Shown here piece by piece: positions 21,782-31,501 of a stretch of 64,000 bases of DNA. The notes under the pieces were generated by a model that saw only the letters and a program-made list of their open reading frames with translations, searched no databases and had not been told where the DNA came from. This DNA is from Patescibacteria group bacterium. Lineage in GTDB: Bacteria > Patescibacteriota > Microgenomatia > UBA8517. Numbering within the stretch: the first letter of the stretch is position 1; every line of letters begins with the position of its first letter. The position numbers were made by a program, and so were the translations under genes. The DNA lies in contig JAOAEL010000005.1 in the NCBI GenBank assembly GCA_026416845.1, positions 229 through 64,228 on the forward strand. Reading direction: 5' to 3'.

Positions 21782-22045
21782 TTAAAACTTTTGTTCTGGC
21801 CCAAAAACTTCTTTTATTTCGTGCAAATTCTTATCTTTTTTATTCTTCAACAAACTAAAAACATTCATTAATTTTTCTGAATTTATAAGTCCTCCACCCA
21901 CTAACAAATCGCTTAACATAATATCTATTTTCTTCAGAATTGATCTTACCTCCAAAATCATTAAAAAAACCTGCAATCCAACAATCATAACTAAAATTGT
22001 TAATGTAACAATTACAATAACCAAAAATAATTGAACATTATCCAT
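21782..22045 (-). CDS. small membrane protein, hypothetical
   Basis: 87 aa with a single N-terminal TM helix. No recognised family. Confidence 0.35.
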   Translation of the reverse strand: MDNVQLFLVIVIVTLTILVMIVGLQVFLMILEVRSILKKIDIMLSDLLVGGGLINSEKLMNVFSLLKNKKDKNLHEIKEVFGPEQKF

Positions 22046-22054
22046 ATTTAAGAT

Positions 22055-22678
22055 CTACTCTTGCACATTAATTATAACCTTTTTTGTTGTTTCTTTTCCT
22101 GCCCTAGAAACTGACTTGATTATAACTTCCTTAGTTTCAGTGCTAACCTCGATCTCAGTAAAAAACCTGCCATCCTTTTCAACATAAGCAGTTTGATTAT
22201 TCACTCTAACAGTCGAATCCGGAGTTGTTTTCCCCTCTACCACAAAATAGCGCGATTTAATTACTTCATTTTCAACAGGTTTGTAAATAACAAGGAACGG
22301 TGGAGAGTTGAAAGATATATATTGAAAAATAATATACGCTACAAAAATCGCAAGCGTCATTGCCATAAGCACAAAAAATGTATATTTCGGTTGCCAAATA
22401 AAACCTGTAGCTATCTCTTTTTGAGGGACAAGGTTTTTTTGATCAAGAGAGTAGTCTCTTCTTAAGGTTAAAACGAGTCTATCTTCACTTAATTCCAAAC
22501 ATTGGGCAATGCGTTTAACAAATCCAGCAACAGTAGTATACTCTGGTAATTCTCTCCATTTTTCTTGCTCAATTTTTGCTATAAAATCTTGTTTTATCTT
22601 GGTGAGCTTGGACAAATCGGCTAACGTCATTTTCTTTGACAATCTCGCTTCACGAATAATTACTCCAATGGTGCGCAT
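22055..22678 (-). CDS. rodZ: RodZ-like cytoskeleton protein (XRE-type HTH + TM + extracytoplasmic domain)
   Basis: N-terminal HTH (IGVIIREARLSKKMTLADLSKLTKIKQDFIAKIEQEKW), central TM, C-terminal beta-rich domain. The architecture equals RodZ. Confidence 0.5.
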   Translation of the reverse strand: MRTIGVIIREARLSKKMTLADLSKLTKIKQDFIAKIEQEKWRELPEYTTVAGFVKRIAQCLELSEDRLVLTLRRDYSLDQKNLVPQKEIATGFIWQPKYTFFVLMAMTLAIFVAYIIFQYISFNSPPFLVIYKPVENEVIKSRYFVVEGKTTPDSTVRVNNQTAYVEKDGRFFTEIEVSTETKEVIIKSVSRAGKETTKKVIINVQE

Positions 22679-22700
22679 AACTATAACTTATGTAATATTT

Positions 22701-24860
22701 TCAATCTCTTTTAGAAGACGCAGGCGATAGCACTTCATCAGGATTTTTGATTAATACTTCCCTTGGTTTTGATGACCCATCTGATGGGCTTACAACACCA
22801 GCAGCTTCAAGTTGGTCCATAATCTTGGCGGCGCGAGCATAGCCTATTGACAATCTTCTTTGGAAAAGTGACGCTGAAGCGCGACCAAATTGACATGCTA
22901 TTTTCACCGCTTCAGCAAAGTACTCATCAGTCTCTCCTTCAACTCCTGGGATAGAAGATTGTCCATGCTTGGACATATTTAAGACCTCTTCCGTATACCT
23001 AGGCGGAATACCTTGACTTTTGACAAAAGAAATTAAAGCTGCATTATCTTTGTCAGAAATCCACGCACCTTGTATACGAATTGGTTTGGCGACATCTGAG
23101 GGCAAATATAACATATCTCCTTTGCCTAACAACTTCTCTGCCCCCGGCCCATCCAGTATTACTCTTGAATCAATTTGAGACGCAACAGCAAAAGCAATTC
23201 TTGATGGAATGTTTGCTTTTATCAATCCGGTTATAACATCAACAGATGGCCTTTGCGTGGCAAGGACCATGTGGATACCTGTAGCACGACTCATTTGAGC
23301 TATTTTTGTAATGCAATCTTCAACCTCAACAGGAGAAAAAAGCATAATATCTGCAAGCTCGTCTATAATTACAACTATGTATGGAAGCGCTTGGAATCCA
23401 GACATTTCATTATAGCTTGCAATGTTTCTAACTCCCGCCTCCGCAAACAATTTGTAGCGAGAATTCATCTCAGATATTATCCAACGCAAGGCAGATATAA
23501 CTTTTTCTGGTTCAACTATGACAGGCGACAAAAGATAAGGAATACCATTGTAACCTGTTAATTCAACTCTTTTGGGGTCAACCATTATAAACTTTACCTC
23601 CGAAGGAGAAGCGCGAAAAAGAATCGTTGATATAAATGTGTTAATACAAATGCTCTTACCGGAACCTGTTTGACCCGCTATTAATAAGTGTGGCATTTTA
23701 CCCAAATCAGCAACAACTGGTTTGCCGGAAACATCTAGCCCAAGCGCCACAGCTATTTTTGATGGATTAGACCTAAGAACATCAGATTCCATCATTTGTT
23801 TCAAAGTTACAAACTCTGGAGACCTATTTGGAAGCTCAATCCCAACAAGAGATCTTCCTGGGATCGGGGCCTCAATACGGATTGTGCCGGTAGGAGCGGC
23901 AAGAGCCAGTGCCAAATCCCGCTCAAGACTCGTGATTTTTGAAAGTTTTGTGCCCAAAGCAACCTCGATTGCATACTGGGTAACAGCAGGTCCGGGATTT
24001 ACTTCTACAACCCTTGCTGTAATACCAAAAGATTCAAGTGTTTGTTCAATGGTAGATGCGTTTCTTTTAACATCTCCACGATCCGCTTTTTTAACAAGCT
24101 CATCGTTCAACAGGTCAACAGGTGGATATTTCCATATTTTTTCTTCGCCAGGAATGTTTGAAGCTATAGCTTGGGCTACAGAAAGTGAAAGATTAGGATC
24201 TTTTTTTACTGGTTCTTCTGCTTCTTTGTCATTTAGACCAACATTAATTGAAAGATTAGGCTGAGTTTTATTTAAAGACAAATCATTTAGCTTACTTCCC
24301 AAAACCTTTAATTCTTTCTTGGGTAACAAAGAATCCTTGGTCGTGTTTGATGTAAACACAGGAAATTTTCTTATTACATATTGATTAAACATTTTTGCAA
24401 AGAACAAAAATACTTGATCCACCGAAGTGTTTAACAAAATCACCAAACTCATAAAGAGTAAAGCAATAAAAACAAAAAAAGCACCAATAGAGGTCGCCAA
24501 CGAAGCTATTCCCTCCCAGGAAGAACTTCCTACAATTCCAGACCTGGTAATCCCGCACAAAGACAAAAACATCAAAACCGAACCGACAACAACATTGGGC
24601 TGCCCAATAACAGTTTTTGTCTTGGATACAAGAAAAGCAAAACTTACAAAAATAAATGGCAAAAATATAGAGACCCAAGAAAATAAAAAAATAAAAAAAT
24701 CATTTACTTTTTGAAGCAATAGCCCCTGACGCAAAAAAGAAACGATCACCAAAACAGCCAACAGAAAAAATGAAATTTGAACAATAGAGAAAATTGTTTG
24801 CGGTTTTAGTTTTAACCGCATTGCTTTTGTAGACTTTGTTCTTTTACGTTTTTTTGCCAT
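22701..24860 (-). CDS. ftsK: DNA translocase FtsK/SpoIIIE
   Basis: 4 N-terminal TMs. Walker A GQTGSGKS. ATQRPSVDVITG motif. C-terminal gamma winged-helix domain (LFQRRLSIGYARAAKIMDQLE). Confidence 0.88.
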   Translation of the reverse strand: MAKKRKRTKSTKAMRLKLKPQTIFSIVQISFFLLAVLVIVSFLRQGLLLQKVNDFFIFLFSWVSIFLPFIFVSFAFLVSKTKTVIGQPNVVVGSVLMFLSLCGITRSGIVGSSSWEGIASLATSIGAFFVFIALLFMSLVILLNTSVDQVFLFFAKMFNQYVIRKFPVFTSNTTKDSLLPKKELKVLGSKLNDLSLNKTQPNLSINVGLNDKEAEEPVKKDPNLSLSVAQAIASNIPGEEKIWKYPPVDLLNDELVKKADRGDVKRNASTIEQTLESFGITARVVEVNPGPAVTQYAIEVALGTKLSKITSLERDLALALAAPTGTIRIEAPIPGRSLVGIELPNRSPEFVTLKQMMESDVLRSNPSKIAVALGLDVSGKPVVADLGKMPHLLIAGQTGSGKSICINTFISTILFRASPSEVKFIMVDPKRVELTGYNGIPYLLSPVIVEPEKVISALRWIISEMNSRYKLFAEAGVRNIASYNEMSGFQALPYIVVIIDELADIMLFSPVEVEDCITKIAQMSRATGIHMVLATQRPSVDVITGLIKANIPSRIAFAVASQIDSRVILDGPGAEKLLGKGDMLYLPSDVAKPIRIQGAWISDKDNAALISFVKSQGIPPRYTEEVLNMSKHGQSSIPGVEGETDEYFAEAVKIACQFGRASASLFQRRLSIGYARAAKIMDQLEAAGVVSPSDGSSKPREVLIKNPDEVLSPASSKRD

Positions 24861-24986
24861 GGCAGGTAGAAGCTTATATTATTATAATTACCCAATCAAT
24901 AAAAAGGCATAAACTTAATATGACCATATTTTTTTAGGTAAAATATAGTTATTAGTTAAACAACTATCAAAAATCTCTGAAAAAAC

Positions 24987-25199
24987 ATGACTGAAGCTGG
25001 AAAAATTTTAATCACAATAGGAATTGTTTTAGTGCTGGCGGGAATTCTAATTTCTTCCACCGACAAACTGCCTTTTATTGGTAAACTACCAGGAGATTTT
25101 TTGATTAAAAAAGAAGGCTTTACCTTTTATTTCCCTTTAACAACTTCCATTATTGTCAGTATAATTCTCTCGTTGCTTTTCAAGCTTTTTAATAAATGA
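24987..25199 (+). CDS. DUF2905-family small membrane protein
   Basis: 70 aa. Two TMs with the conserved KLPFIGKLPGDFLIKKEGFTFYFPL core. Confidence 0.55.
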   Translation: MTEAGKILITIGIVLVLAGILISSTDKLPFIGKLPGDFLIKKEGFTFYFPLTTSIIVSIILSLLFKLFNK

Positions 25200-25257
25200 A
25201 AATTCAGAAAATCTAAAAAACCCAAAGTCAATATAAACACTCAAAATTAGACTTAAA

Positions 25258-26910
25258 TCAAATCTCCACAACAAGAGGCAATATCATTGGCCTTCTGCCT
25301 GTTTGAGAAAAGAAAAATTTTTCCAGATAATCTGTGGCGCTTGATTTTATTATGTAATTGTTTCTATATTCTTTTTTTTCAAGATAGGCTTTTAATCTCT
25401 TTGCAGCTTTGTCTAAAATTTTTTTCATTTTCACCTCAAAAACAAATCCCCGACTAATAATCTCTGGCACCTCAACTAACTTTCCACTTGTTGAATCAAT
25501 CTTAAGTAAAATAATTGCAATTCCATCTGTTGCCATAGTTTGACGATCTCTTAAAACCACATTGCCAACATCACCAATACCTAATCCATCCACTAATATC
25601 TTTTTTGTATTGATTGACTCTTTCTGATGACCAATTCCGTTAGAAAATTCAATAACTCCACCTTCACCCAGTTCAAAAACATTGCTTTCAGCAATACCCA
25701 TTCTCACAGCAATATCTTTTGCAGCATGCATTTGTCTTATCGTGCCACCAATAGGAATGTAATATTTTGGCTTCACTAAACCAAAAAGCATCTCAATATC
25801 TTTCACACAACCATGCCCCGAAACATGCAAATCTTCCTGCATATCGTAATAATGAACATCTGCGGACAGCTCTATCAACCTATCCACAACAAAATCAATG
25901 CTATCTTTTGAACCTGGAGGGCCAGGATCGGAGGAAAAAATAACCACATCGTCCTTTCCAACAATAATTGTTTTGTGTTCCCCAAGAGCTACTTTATAAA
26001 GCGCGCTAGTAGGTTGTCCATAGCTTCCCGAGATAATATACATCCTTTTCTTTTCGGGAAGTTTAATGATTTCATGCAATGGAATTATCAAATTTTTTGG
26101 AGAATTAACATAACCAAGTTTTTGGGCAATTTTAAATTTGCTATCTATCGATCTGCCAATCAACGAAATTTTGCGATCCGTTAGAATCGCAACATTAATA
26201 GCTTGCTGAATACGAGAGATATTAGAAGAAATAGTCGTAAAAAGAACTTGTCTCTTAGCACCTTCTACAATAGATAGTATTTGTTTTTCTATTTCTCTCT
26301 CGCTCTTTGTATAACCTGGATTTGTAGATCCCAGACAATCTGATGCAAGAGCAAGAACTCCACTAGATGCCAAAGTGGCCACCTTGGCAACATCAAATGG
26401 TTTGCCATCAACAGGCGACCAATCAAATTTAAAATCGGCAATATGAAATATGTTGCCATCTGGAGTTTCTATACAAAAACCAACGGTATCAGGAACAGAA
26501 TGAGAAATTCTAAATGGAACTATACGAAAAATTCCCAGATCTATTTCATCCTTATCAGGGTCAAAAACATTTACATAATTACTCTTAATGCCCGCTTCCT
26601 CGAATTTATTTTGCAAAAATCCCGCAACTAATCTAGTGCAGTATATTGGAATTTCTCCAATCTCACGAACTAAAAAAGGTACAGCTCCCATATGATCTTC
26701 ATGTCCATGTGTAATAACAATTGCCCTAAGTTTGCTTCTCCTTTCTTTTATGTAAGTAAAATCTGGAATAACCAAATCAACCCCATACATATCACTCTCG
26801 GGGAAACCAACACCACAATCGACAACAATCATGTCATCTTCGTATTCATAAACATACATGTTTTCCGCTACATTTGTCGTGCCTGACAATGCCACAAACC
26901 TAAGAGACAT
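25258..26910 (-). CDS. rnj: ribonuclease J (metallo-beta-lactamase/beta-CASP family)
   Basis: HGHEDHMG motif, beta-CASP region, 550 aa. Confidence 0.85.
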   Translation of the reverse strand: MSLRFVALSGTTNVAENMYVYEYEDDMIVVDCGVGFPESDMYGVDLVIPDFTYIKERRSKLRAIVITHGHEDHMGAVPFLVREIGEIPIYCTRLVAGFLQNKFEEAGIKSNYVNVFDPDKDEIDLGIFRIVPFRISHSVPDTVGFCIETPDGNIFHIADFKFDWSPVDGKPFDVAKVATLASSGVLALASDCLGSTNPGYTKSEREIEKQILSIVEGAKRQVLFTTISSNISRIQQAINVAILTDRKISLIGRSIDSKFKIAQKLGYVNSPKNLIIPLHEIIKLPEKKRMYIISGSYGQPTSALYKVALGEHKTIIVGKDDVVIFSSDPGPPGSKDSIDFVVDRLIELSADVHYYDMQEDLHVSGHGCVKDIEMLFGLVKPKYYIPIGGTIRQMHAAKDIAVRMGIAESNVFELGEGGVIEFSNGIGHQKESINTKKILVDGLGIGDVGNVVLRDRQTMATDGIAIILLKIDSTSGKLVEVPEIISRGFVFEVKMKKILDKAAKRLKAYLEKKEYRNNYIIKSSATDYLEKFFFSQTGRRPMILPLVVEI

Positions 26911-26945
26911 AATTTAATTTTATTCAATTAGTAAAAACAAAGAGA

Positions 26946-27581
26946 TTATATTAACCTTTCTTGCAGTATATTTTGTTTGCCATTGCTTGAATTTTTGTTA
27001 AGCACGTCTTTTAAAACCAAAGCAATGACTTTAAAATCTTCAAACAACTTTTTCTTAATTTCGCTGTTTCTTAGCCCAGCGGCAGGATGATACATGGGAA
27101 TAACAATTATCTCTCTGCCATTAAAAAAAGCCTTTTTTATCTTTCCATGCACTTGTGTTATTGTTACCCCTTCCAAAAACTTTGCCATAGAAAATCTGCC
27201 CAAAGTCACAATAATTTTCGGATTGATAACTTCAATAATCTTATCTAAATAAGGTTGATATGCCTTAATCTCAAATTGTTCAGGATCTCGATTGTTGGGC
27301 GGCCTATGATGCACGACATTTGTAATAAAAACTTCTTTTCTAGACAAGCCAATAGTCTCTAATAATTCGTTTAAGAGTCTGCCGGCATTTCCGACAAAAG
27401 GCAATCCCTTTTGATCTTCCCAATATCCAGGTCCTTCACCTATAAACAAAACCTTTGCATCCACATCTCCTTCGCCAAAAACTAAATTGTTCGCACTTTT
27501 TTTTAGAGGCAAATTATCATCAGCTTTCATTTTTTTAATAAGACCTATTAAAATTCGTCTTTTTTCTTCCCGTTTCATCAT
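26946..27581 (-). CDS. uracil-DNA glycosylase, family 4-like
   Basis: GEGPGYWEDQKGLPFVGNAGRLL motif typical of family-4 UDG/SPO1-polymerase-related proteins. HP-rich C-terminal half. Confidence 0.7.
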   Translation of the reverse strand: MMKREEKRRILIGLIKKMKADDNLPLKKSANNLVFGEGDVDAKVLFIGEGPGYWEDQKGLPFVGNAGRLLNELLETIGLSRKEVFITNVVHHRPPNNRDPEQFEIKAYQPYLDKIIEVINPKIIVTLGRFSMAKFLEGVTITQVHGKIKKAFFNGREIIVIPMYHPAAGLRNSEIKKKLFEDFKVIALVLKDVLNKNSSNGKQNILQERLI

Positions 27582-27600
27582 TGACTATCTAAAAAAATAA

Positions 27601-28644
27601 TTAATCAACAAATTCTTTAAAATTTTCTTTTGTCAAAGTTACATTCGTTATACTTCCCTCTACCAACATTCTTGCAACTTTTCTAGCAACTCCTTGCAAT
27701 GTACGTTCAATAGTTCTCATACCAGCATCAAAACCAAAAGGACGAACCAAAAGAGGCCATACATCATCATTTATAACAAGCATTTTTTCATCTATTCCTG
27801 CCTCTTTTCTAACACGAGGCATCATATAATTTTTGGCAATTGCAATCTTTTCATTATCTGAATAGGATGGCATCGAAATTGGCTCTAAACGATCCATAAC
27901 AGCCGTCGAAATTGTTTGAGTATTATTAGAAGTGGCTATAAACAAAACTTCAGATAAATCAAAAGGATAATCAATATAGTGATCTACATACTCTTTATTT
28001 TGATTAGGATCCAGAAGTTCAACCAAAACACCCATAATTGAAGACCTGCCTTGCTCGGTAACCCGATCTATTTCGTCAAGCAAAACAACGCAATTTTTTG
28101 ATCCTGCCGATCTAAGGGCTTTTATAACTTTCCCTGGTTCAGCTTCAGCATGCATCCGAGATTGTCCTCGAAGTTCTAAAGCATCTCCCATACCACCAAA
28201 GGGAATACGCACGAATTTTCTTCCCATAGCTTCTGCTATAGAAATTGCTATTGTGGTCTTGCCAGTTCCCGCAAGTCCAACAAAGCATAAAATTGGAGCA
28301 CGATAAACTTCTGCACCTTCTCCTTTGTCTCGTTTTAATTTCATTACAGATAAATACTCTAAAACTCTATCTTTAATTTCGCTAAGCCCGTGATGATTTT
28401 TATCAAGTATTTCTTTTGCTCTATTAATATCTAAATTATCTTCCGTTCTAACATTCCAAGGCAAGGCCAAAATCCACTCTACATACCTTGTCATACTATC
28501 ATATTCAGGCAAAAAAGTTGGAGAATCTTTAAGATTGAGCAATTGATGTATTCTTGTTGTAATTTTATTTTTTAGATCAATAGGAATACCGGAAGCAGAA
28601 ACTCTCTCCAAAGTTAGTTTTAAATCTTGATCTATTGTACTCAT
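27601..28644 (-). CDS. Lon-type AAA+ ATPase module without protease domain
   Basis: Residues align block by block with the Lon middle region: LALPWNVRTEDNLDINRAKEILDKNHHGL; Walker A GLAGTGKTT; Walker B LLDEID; ELLDPNQN...DHYID...DLS..LFIATSN...DRLEPI. The protein ends where the Lon protease domain would begin and has no Lon N-domain. Confidence 0.7.
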   Translation of the reverse strand: MSTIDQDLKLTLERVSASGIPIDLKNKITTRIHQLLNLKDSPTFLPEYDSMTRYVEWILALPWNVRTEDNLDINRAKEILDKNHHGLSEIKDRVLEYLSVMKLKRDKGEGAEVYRAPILCFVGLAGTGKTTIAISIAEAMGRKFVRIPFGGMGDALELRGQSRMHAEAEPGKVIKALRSAGSKNCVVLLDEIDRVTEQGRSSIMGVLVELLDPNQNKEYVDHYIDYPFDLSEVLFIATSNNTQTISTAVMDRLEPISMPSYSDNEKIAIAKNYMMPRVRKEAGIDEKMLVINDDVWPLLVRPFGFDAGMRTIERTLQGVARKVARMLVEGSITNVTLTKENFKEFVD

Positions 28645-28715
28645 TGTTTCGAAATTTTAAATAATATTAAACCTAATCAAAAAAGAGGAAAAGAGTATAA
28701 ATAAAATTAATCAAT

Positions 28716-30980
28716 TTACAAATCACCTTTATTATCTAAAAGCCTACTTGCAGGGAAATGAGGACCAGACGATTTACTACTTCGACCCCTTGTTTTATGG
28801 TCTGTGCTTAAACGTCTATGAACACTTTTACCTTTTGCTCCATAAGATAAACCATAGCTGCCACGACTACCTCTAATTCCTCCTTCGCTTTTAATTTTAT
28901 CTATCAAAGGATCCAAAAGCATTGATAAATTTAACCTGCCTTTATCATCTACTTCTTTAACTCGCACTTGAATTTTTTGGCCAACTCTTAAAATATCTGC
29001 AGGATCATTAATATAATCTTCGCTCATATCAGAAACATGAACCAAGCCTTCTTTACCAGGAAAGACCTCAACAAAAGCCCCAAAATTAGTCAATCGCTTT
29101 ACTTCACCTTCGTATATCTCACCTGCGTTAAATTCACGGACCAAACCTTCAATTATTTTTATTGCCTGATCAACAGCAACTTGATCGGAACCATAAACAC
29201 TAACACGACCATCATCTTCTATATCAATTTGCACACCCATACCAGCACTTATTTTCTTGATAGTTTTACCCCCAGAACCAATAATCTCGCCTATTTTTTC
29301 TGGATCAATTCGAATCATTTTAATTTTGGGAGCATACCTAGAAACACTTGTTCTGGGCACTGCAATAGCCTTTTCCATCACATCAAGAATTTCTTCACGC
29401 GCCTTTTTTGCTTGCTTGAATGCATCTTTCAAAATTGATAATGTCAAATTCAAGGTTTTAACATCTAGTTGCAATGCTGTTATTCCCAATCTAGTACCTG
29501 CAACTTTAAAATCCATATCTCCATTGGCATCTTCTAAACCAACAATATCCGCAAGCACTGTAAAATTTTTTTCATCTTCAACAACAAGCCCCATGGCAAT
29601 ACCCGCAACCATAGCTTTTATTGGAACACCAGCATCCATCAAAGACAATGTGGAACCGCACACAGAAGCCATAGATGTCGATCCATTTGAACTTAAGATT
29701 TCCGTTACAACGCGAATTGTATAAGGGAACTCATCTTCAGAAGGTATCACAGGCAAAAGCGCTCTTTCGGCTAAAGCTCCATGTCCAATCTCTCGCTTGC
29801 TAGGCGCTCCAACCTTTCCCACTTCGCCAACCGAAAATGGTGGAAAAACATAATGGTGCATGTAACGTTTTGATTCTTCTCCTTCCGCAGATTCTATCAA
29901 CATCTCAAGAGAAGAGGCGCCAAGTGTGGTTATAGAAAGAGCCTGAGTCTGTCCCCTTTGAAAAAGTGCTGATCCATGTGTCCTTGGGAGAACAGAAACT
30001 TCCGCAGAAAGCCGCCTTAGTTCATCAGTTTTCCTACCATCAGGACGATTTCCAGCAAGAATCATATTTCTAATTTCATTTTTAAATAGATTTTCAAAAC
30101 ATTTTACAGAAAGCGCTTTTTCATCCGTATTTTCAAACAAATCAGCAACCGCAAGTTTGAGATCTTCATACTCTGAAGATGATGCTTCTTTGGTTGCCAT
30201 TGATTTTACGAGAGAGGATAGCTTTTCTTTCAGTAAATCTTTTACTTTCTTTTCAATAGAAGAGGGAATACTAGTTTCTTCAACTAACTCTTTTTTGACA
30301 GGAATCTCTTTTGCAAAATCATTTATGAAATCAATTATTTGAGTATTTTGCTTTTGAGCAAATTCAATGGCTTCTATCATTTTATCCTCTGGCACTTGAT
30401 TGCTACCTGCTTCTATCATCACAATAGCATCTGATAAAGAAGCGACATACAACTCCATATCCGAAGATTCACTCTCTAAAAGAGTTGGATTTACTATAAA
30501 ATTACTATCCTTGAGTCCTACCTTGGTAAATCCAACTGGACCTTTCCATGGCAAAGAAGATATAGCTAAAGCCGCGGATACAGCTATTCCGGCCACAACA
30601 TTAGGACTATTTTCCAAATCCACAGATAAAACAGTGACAATAACTTGGACTTCTTTTTTATAGTTTTTTGGGAAAAGGGGTCTGATAGATCTATCTATCA
30701 ACCTTGAAGTTAAAATCTCTTCATCTGACGGCCTGCCTTCTCTTTTTACCCAACGGCTTCCCTTAATCCTTCCGCCAGCATACAAACGCTCTTGATATTC
30801 TACGGAAAGTGGGAAATAATCAATTTCTCGAGATAATGGAGCAGTTACAACTGTTGCTAAAACTACCGTTTCACCATATGTGGCTAAAACTGCGCTTGTT
30901 GCTTGTTGCGCAACATGCCCAGTCGACAAAGTTAATTTTCTGCCACCAATTTCAATACTTTTTTCTAACCTTTCCATCAA
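28716..30980 (-). CDS. pnp: polynucleotide phosphorylase
   Basis: Two RNase PH-like domains plus KH and S1 (EGEVKRLTNFGAFVE). About 50-aa basic G/R/S-rich C-terminal tail. Confidence 0.9.
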   Translation of the reverse strand: MMERLEKSIEIGGRKLTLSTGHVAQQATSAVLATYGETVVLATVVTAPLSREIDYFPLSVEYQERLYAGGRIKGSRWVKREGRPSDEEILTSRLIDRSIRPLFPKNYKKEVQVIVTVLSVDLENSPNVVAGIAVSAALAISSLPWKGPVGFTKVGLKDSNFIVNPTLLESESSDMELYVASLSDAIVMIEAGSNQVPEDKMIEAIEFAQKQNTQIIDFINDFAKEIPVKKELVEETSIPSSIEKKVKDLLKEKLSSLVKSMATKEASSSEYEDLKLAVADLFENTDEKALSVKCFENLFKNEIRNMILAGNRPDGRKTDELRRLSAEVSVLPRTHGSALFQRGQTQALSITTLGASSLEMLIESAEGEESKRYMHHYVFPPFSVGEVGKVGAPSKREIGHGALAERALLPVIPSEDEFPYTIRVVTEILSSNGSTSMASVCGSTLSLMDAGVPIKAMVAGIAMGLVVEDEKNFTVLADIVGLEDANGDMDFKVAGTRLGITALQLDVKTLNLTLSILKDAFKQAKKAREEILDVMEKAIAVPRTSVSRYAPKIKMIRIDPEKIGEIIGSGGKTIKKISAGMGVQIDIEDDGRVSVYGSDQVAVDQAIKIIEGLVREFNAGEIYEGEVKRLTNFGAFVEVFPGKEGLVHVSDMSEDYINDPADILRVGQKIQVRVKEVDDKGRLNLSMLLDPLIDKIKSEGGIRGSRGSYGLSYGAKGKSVHRRLSTDHKTRGRSSKSSGPHFPASRLLDNKGDL

Positions 30981-31090
30981 TAAATAGTTACTATAACTTT
31001 CAAATTAACTTGCAAAACAAAAGCTTGTTTTTGTAAACAATATGAAGTTATACCAAGTTTTCACTTGAACACTTTATGTAACTTAAATTT

Positions 31091-31360
31091 TTACTTCTCT
31101 AATTTTAGCTCCTTAACAAGCTTCTTATATCTTTCAGTGTTTTTCATTCTTAAATAATTAATTAATCTCCTTCGCTTGGCAACCATTCCCAAAAGACCTC
31201 TCCTGGAATGATTATCTCCTTTATGCTGATTTAGATGATTTGTAAGTTTTGTAATTTGAGCAGTCAAAAGAGCAACTTGCACTTCAGGAGAGCCAGTATC
31301 TCTTTTGTCTTGTGCATGCTTTTTTATAATTTTAATTTTTTCTTCTTTGGTAAGTGCCAT
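31091..31360 (-). CDS. rpsO: 30S ribosomal protein S15
   Basis: [15 protein letters not shown]...[29 protein letters not shown] is canonical S15. Sits upstream of pnp. Confidence 0.93.
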   Translation of the reverse strand: MALTKEEKIKIIKKHAQDKRDTGSPEVQVALLTAQITKLTNHLNQHKGDNHSRRGLLGMVAKRRRLINYLRMKNTERYKKLVKELKLEK

Positions 31361-31501
31361 ACAAAGAAAATTTTAGCCAAGCAAATCAATTGGTATTAAA
31401 AACAAATAATTAATTCAAACAGCATTTTTACCCTGTTATCTTAGCACGAATAATTAAGCTTATCAATACAAATCTCTTTACAAACAAAAAAATTGAAAAA
31501 A

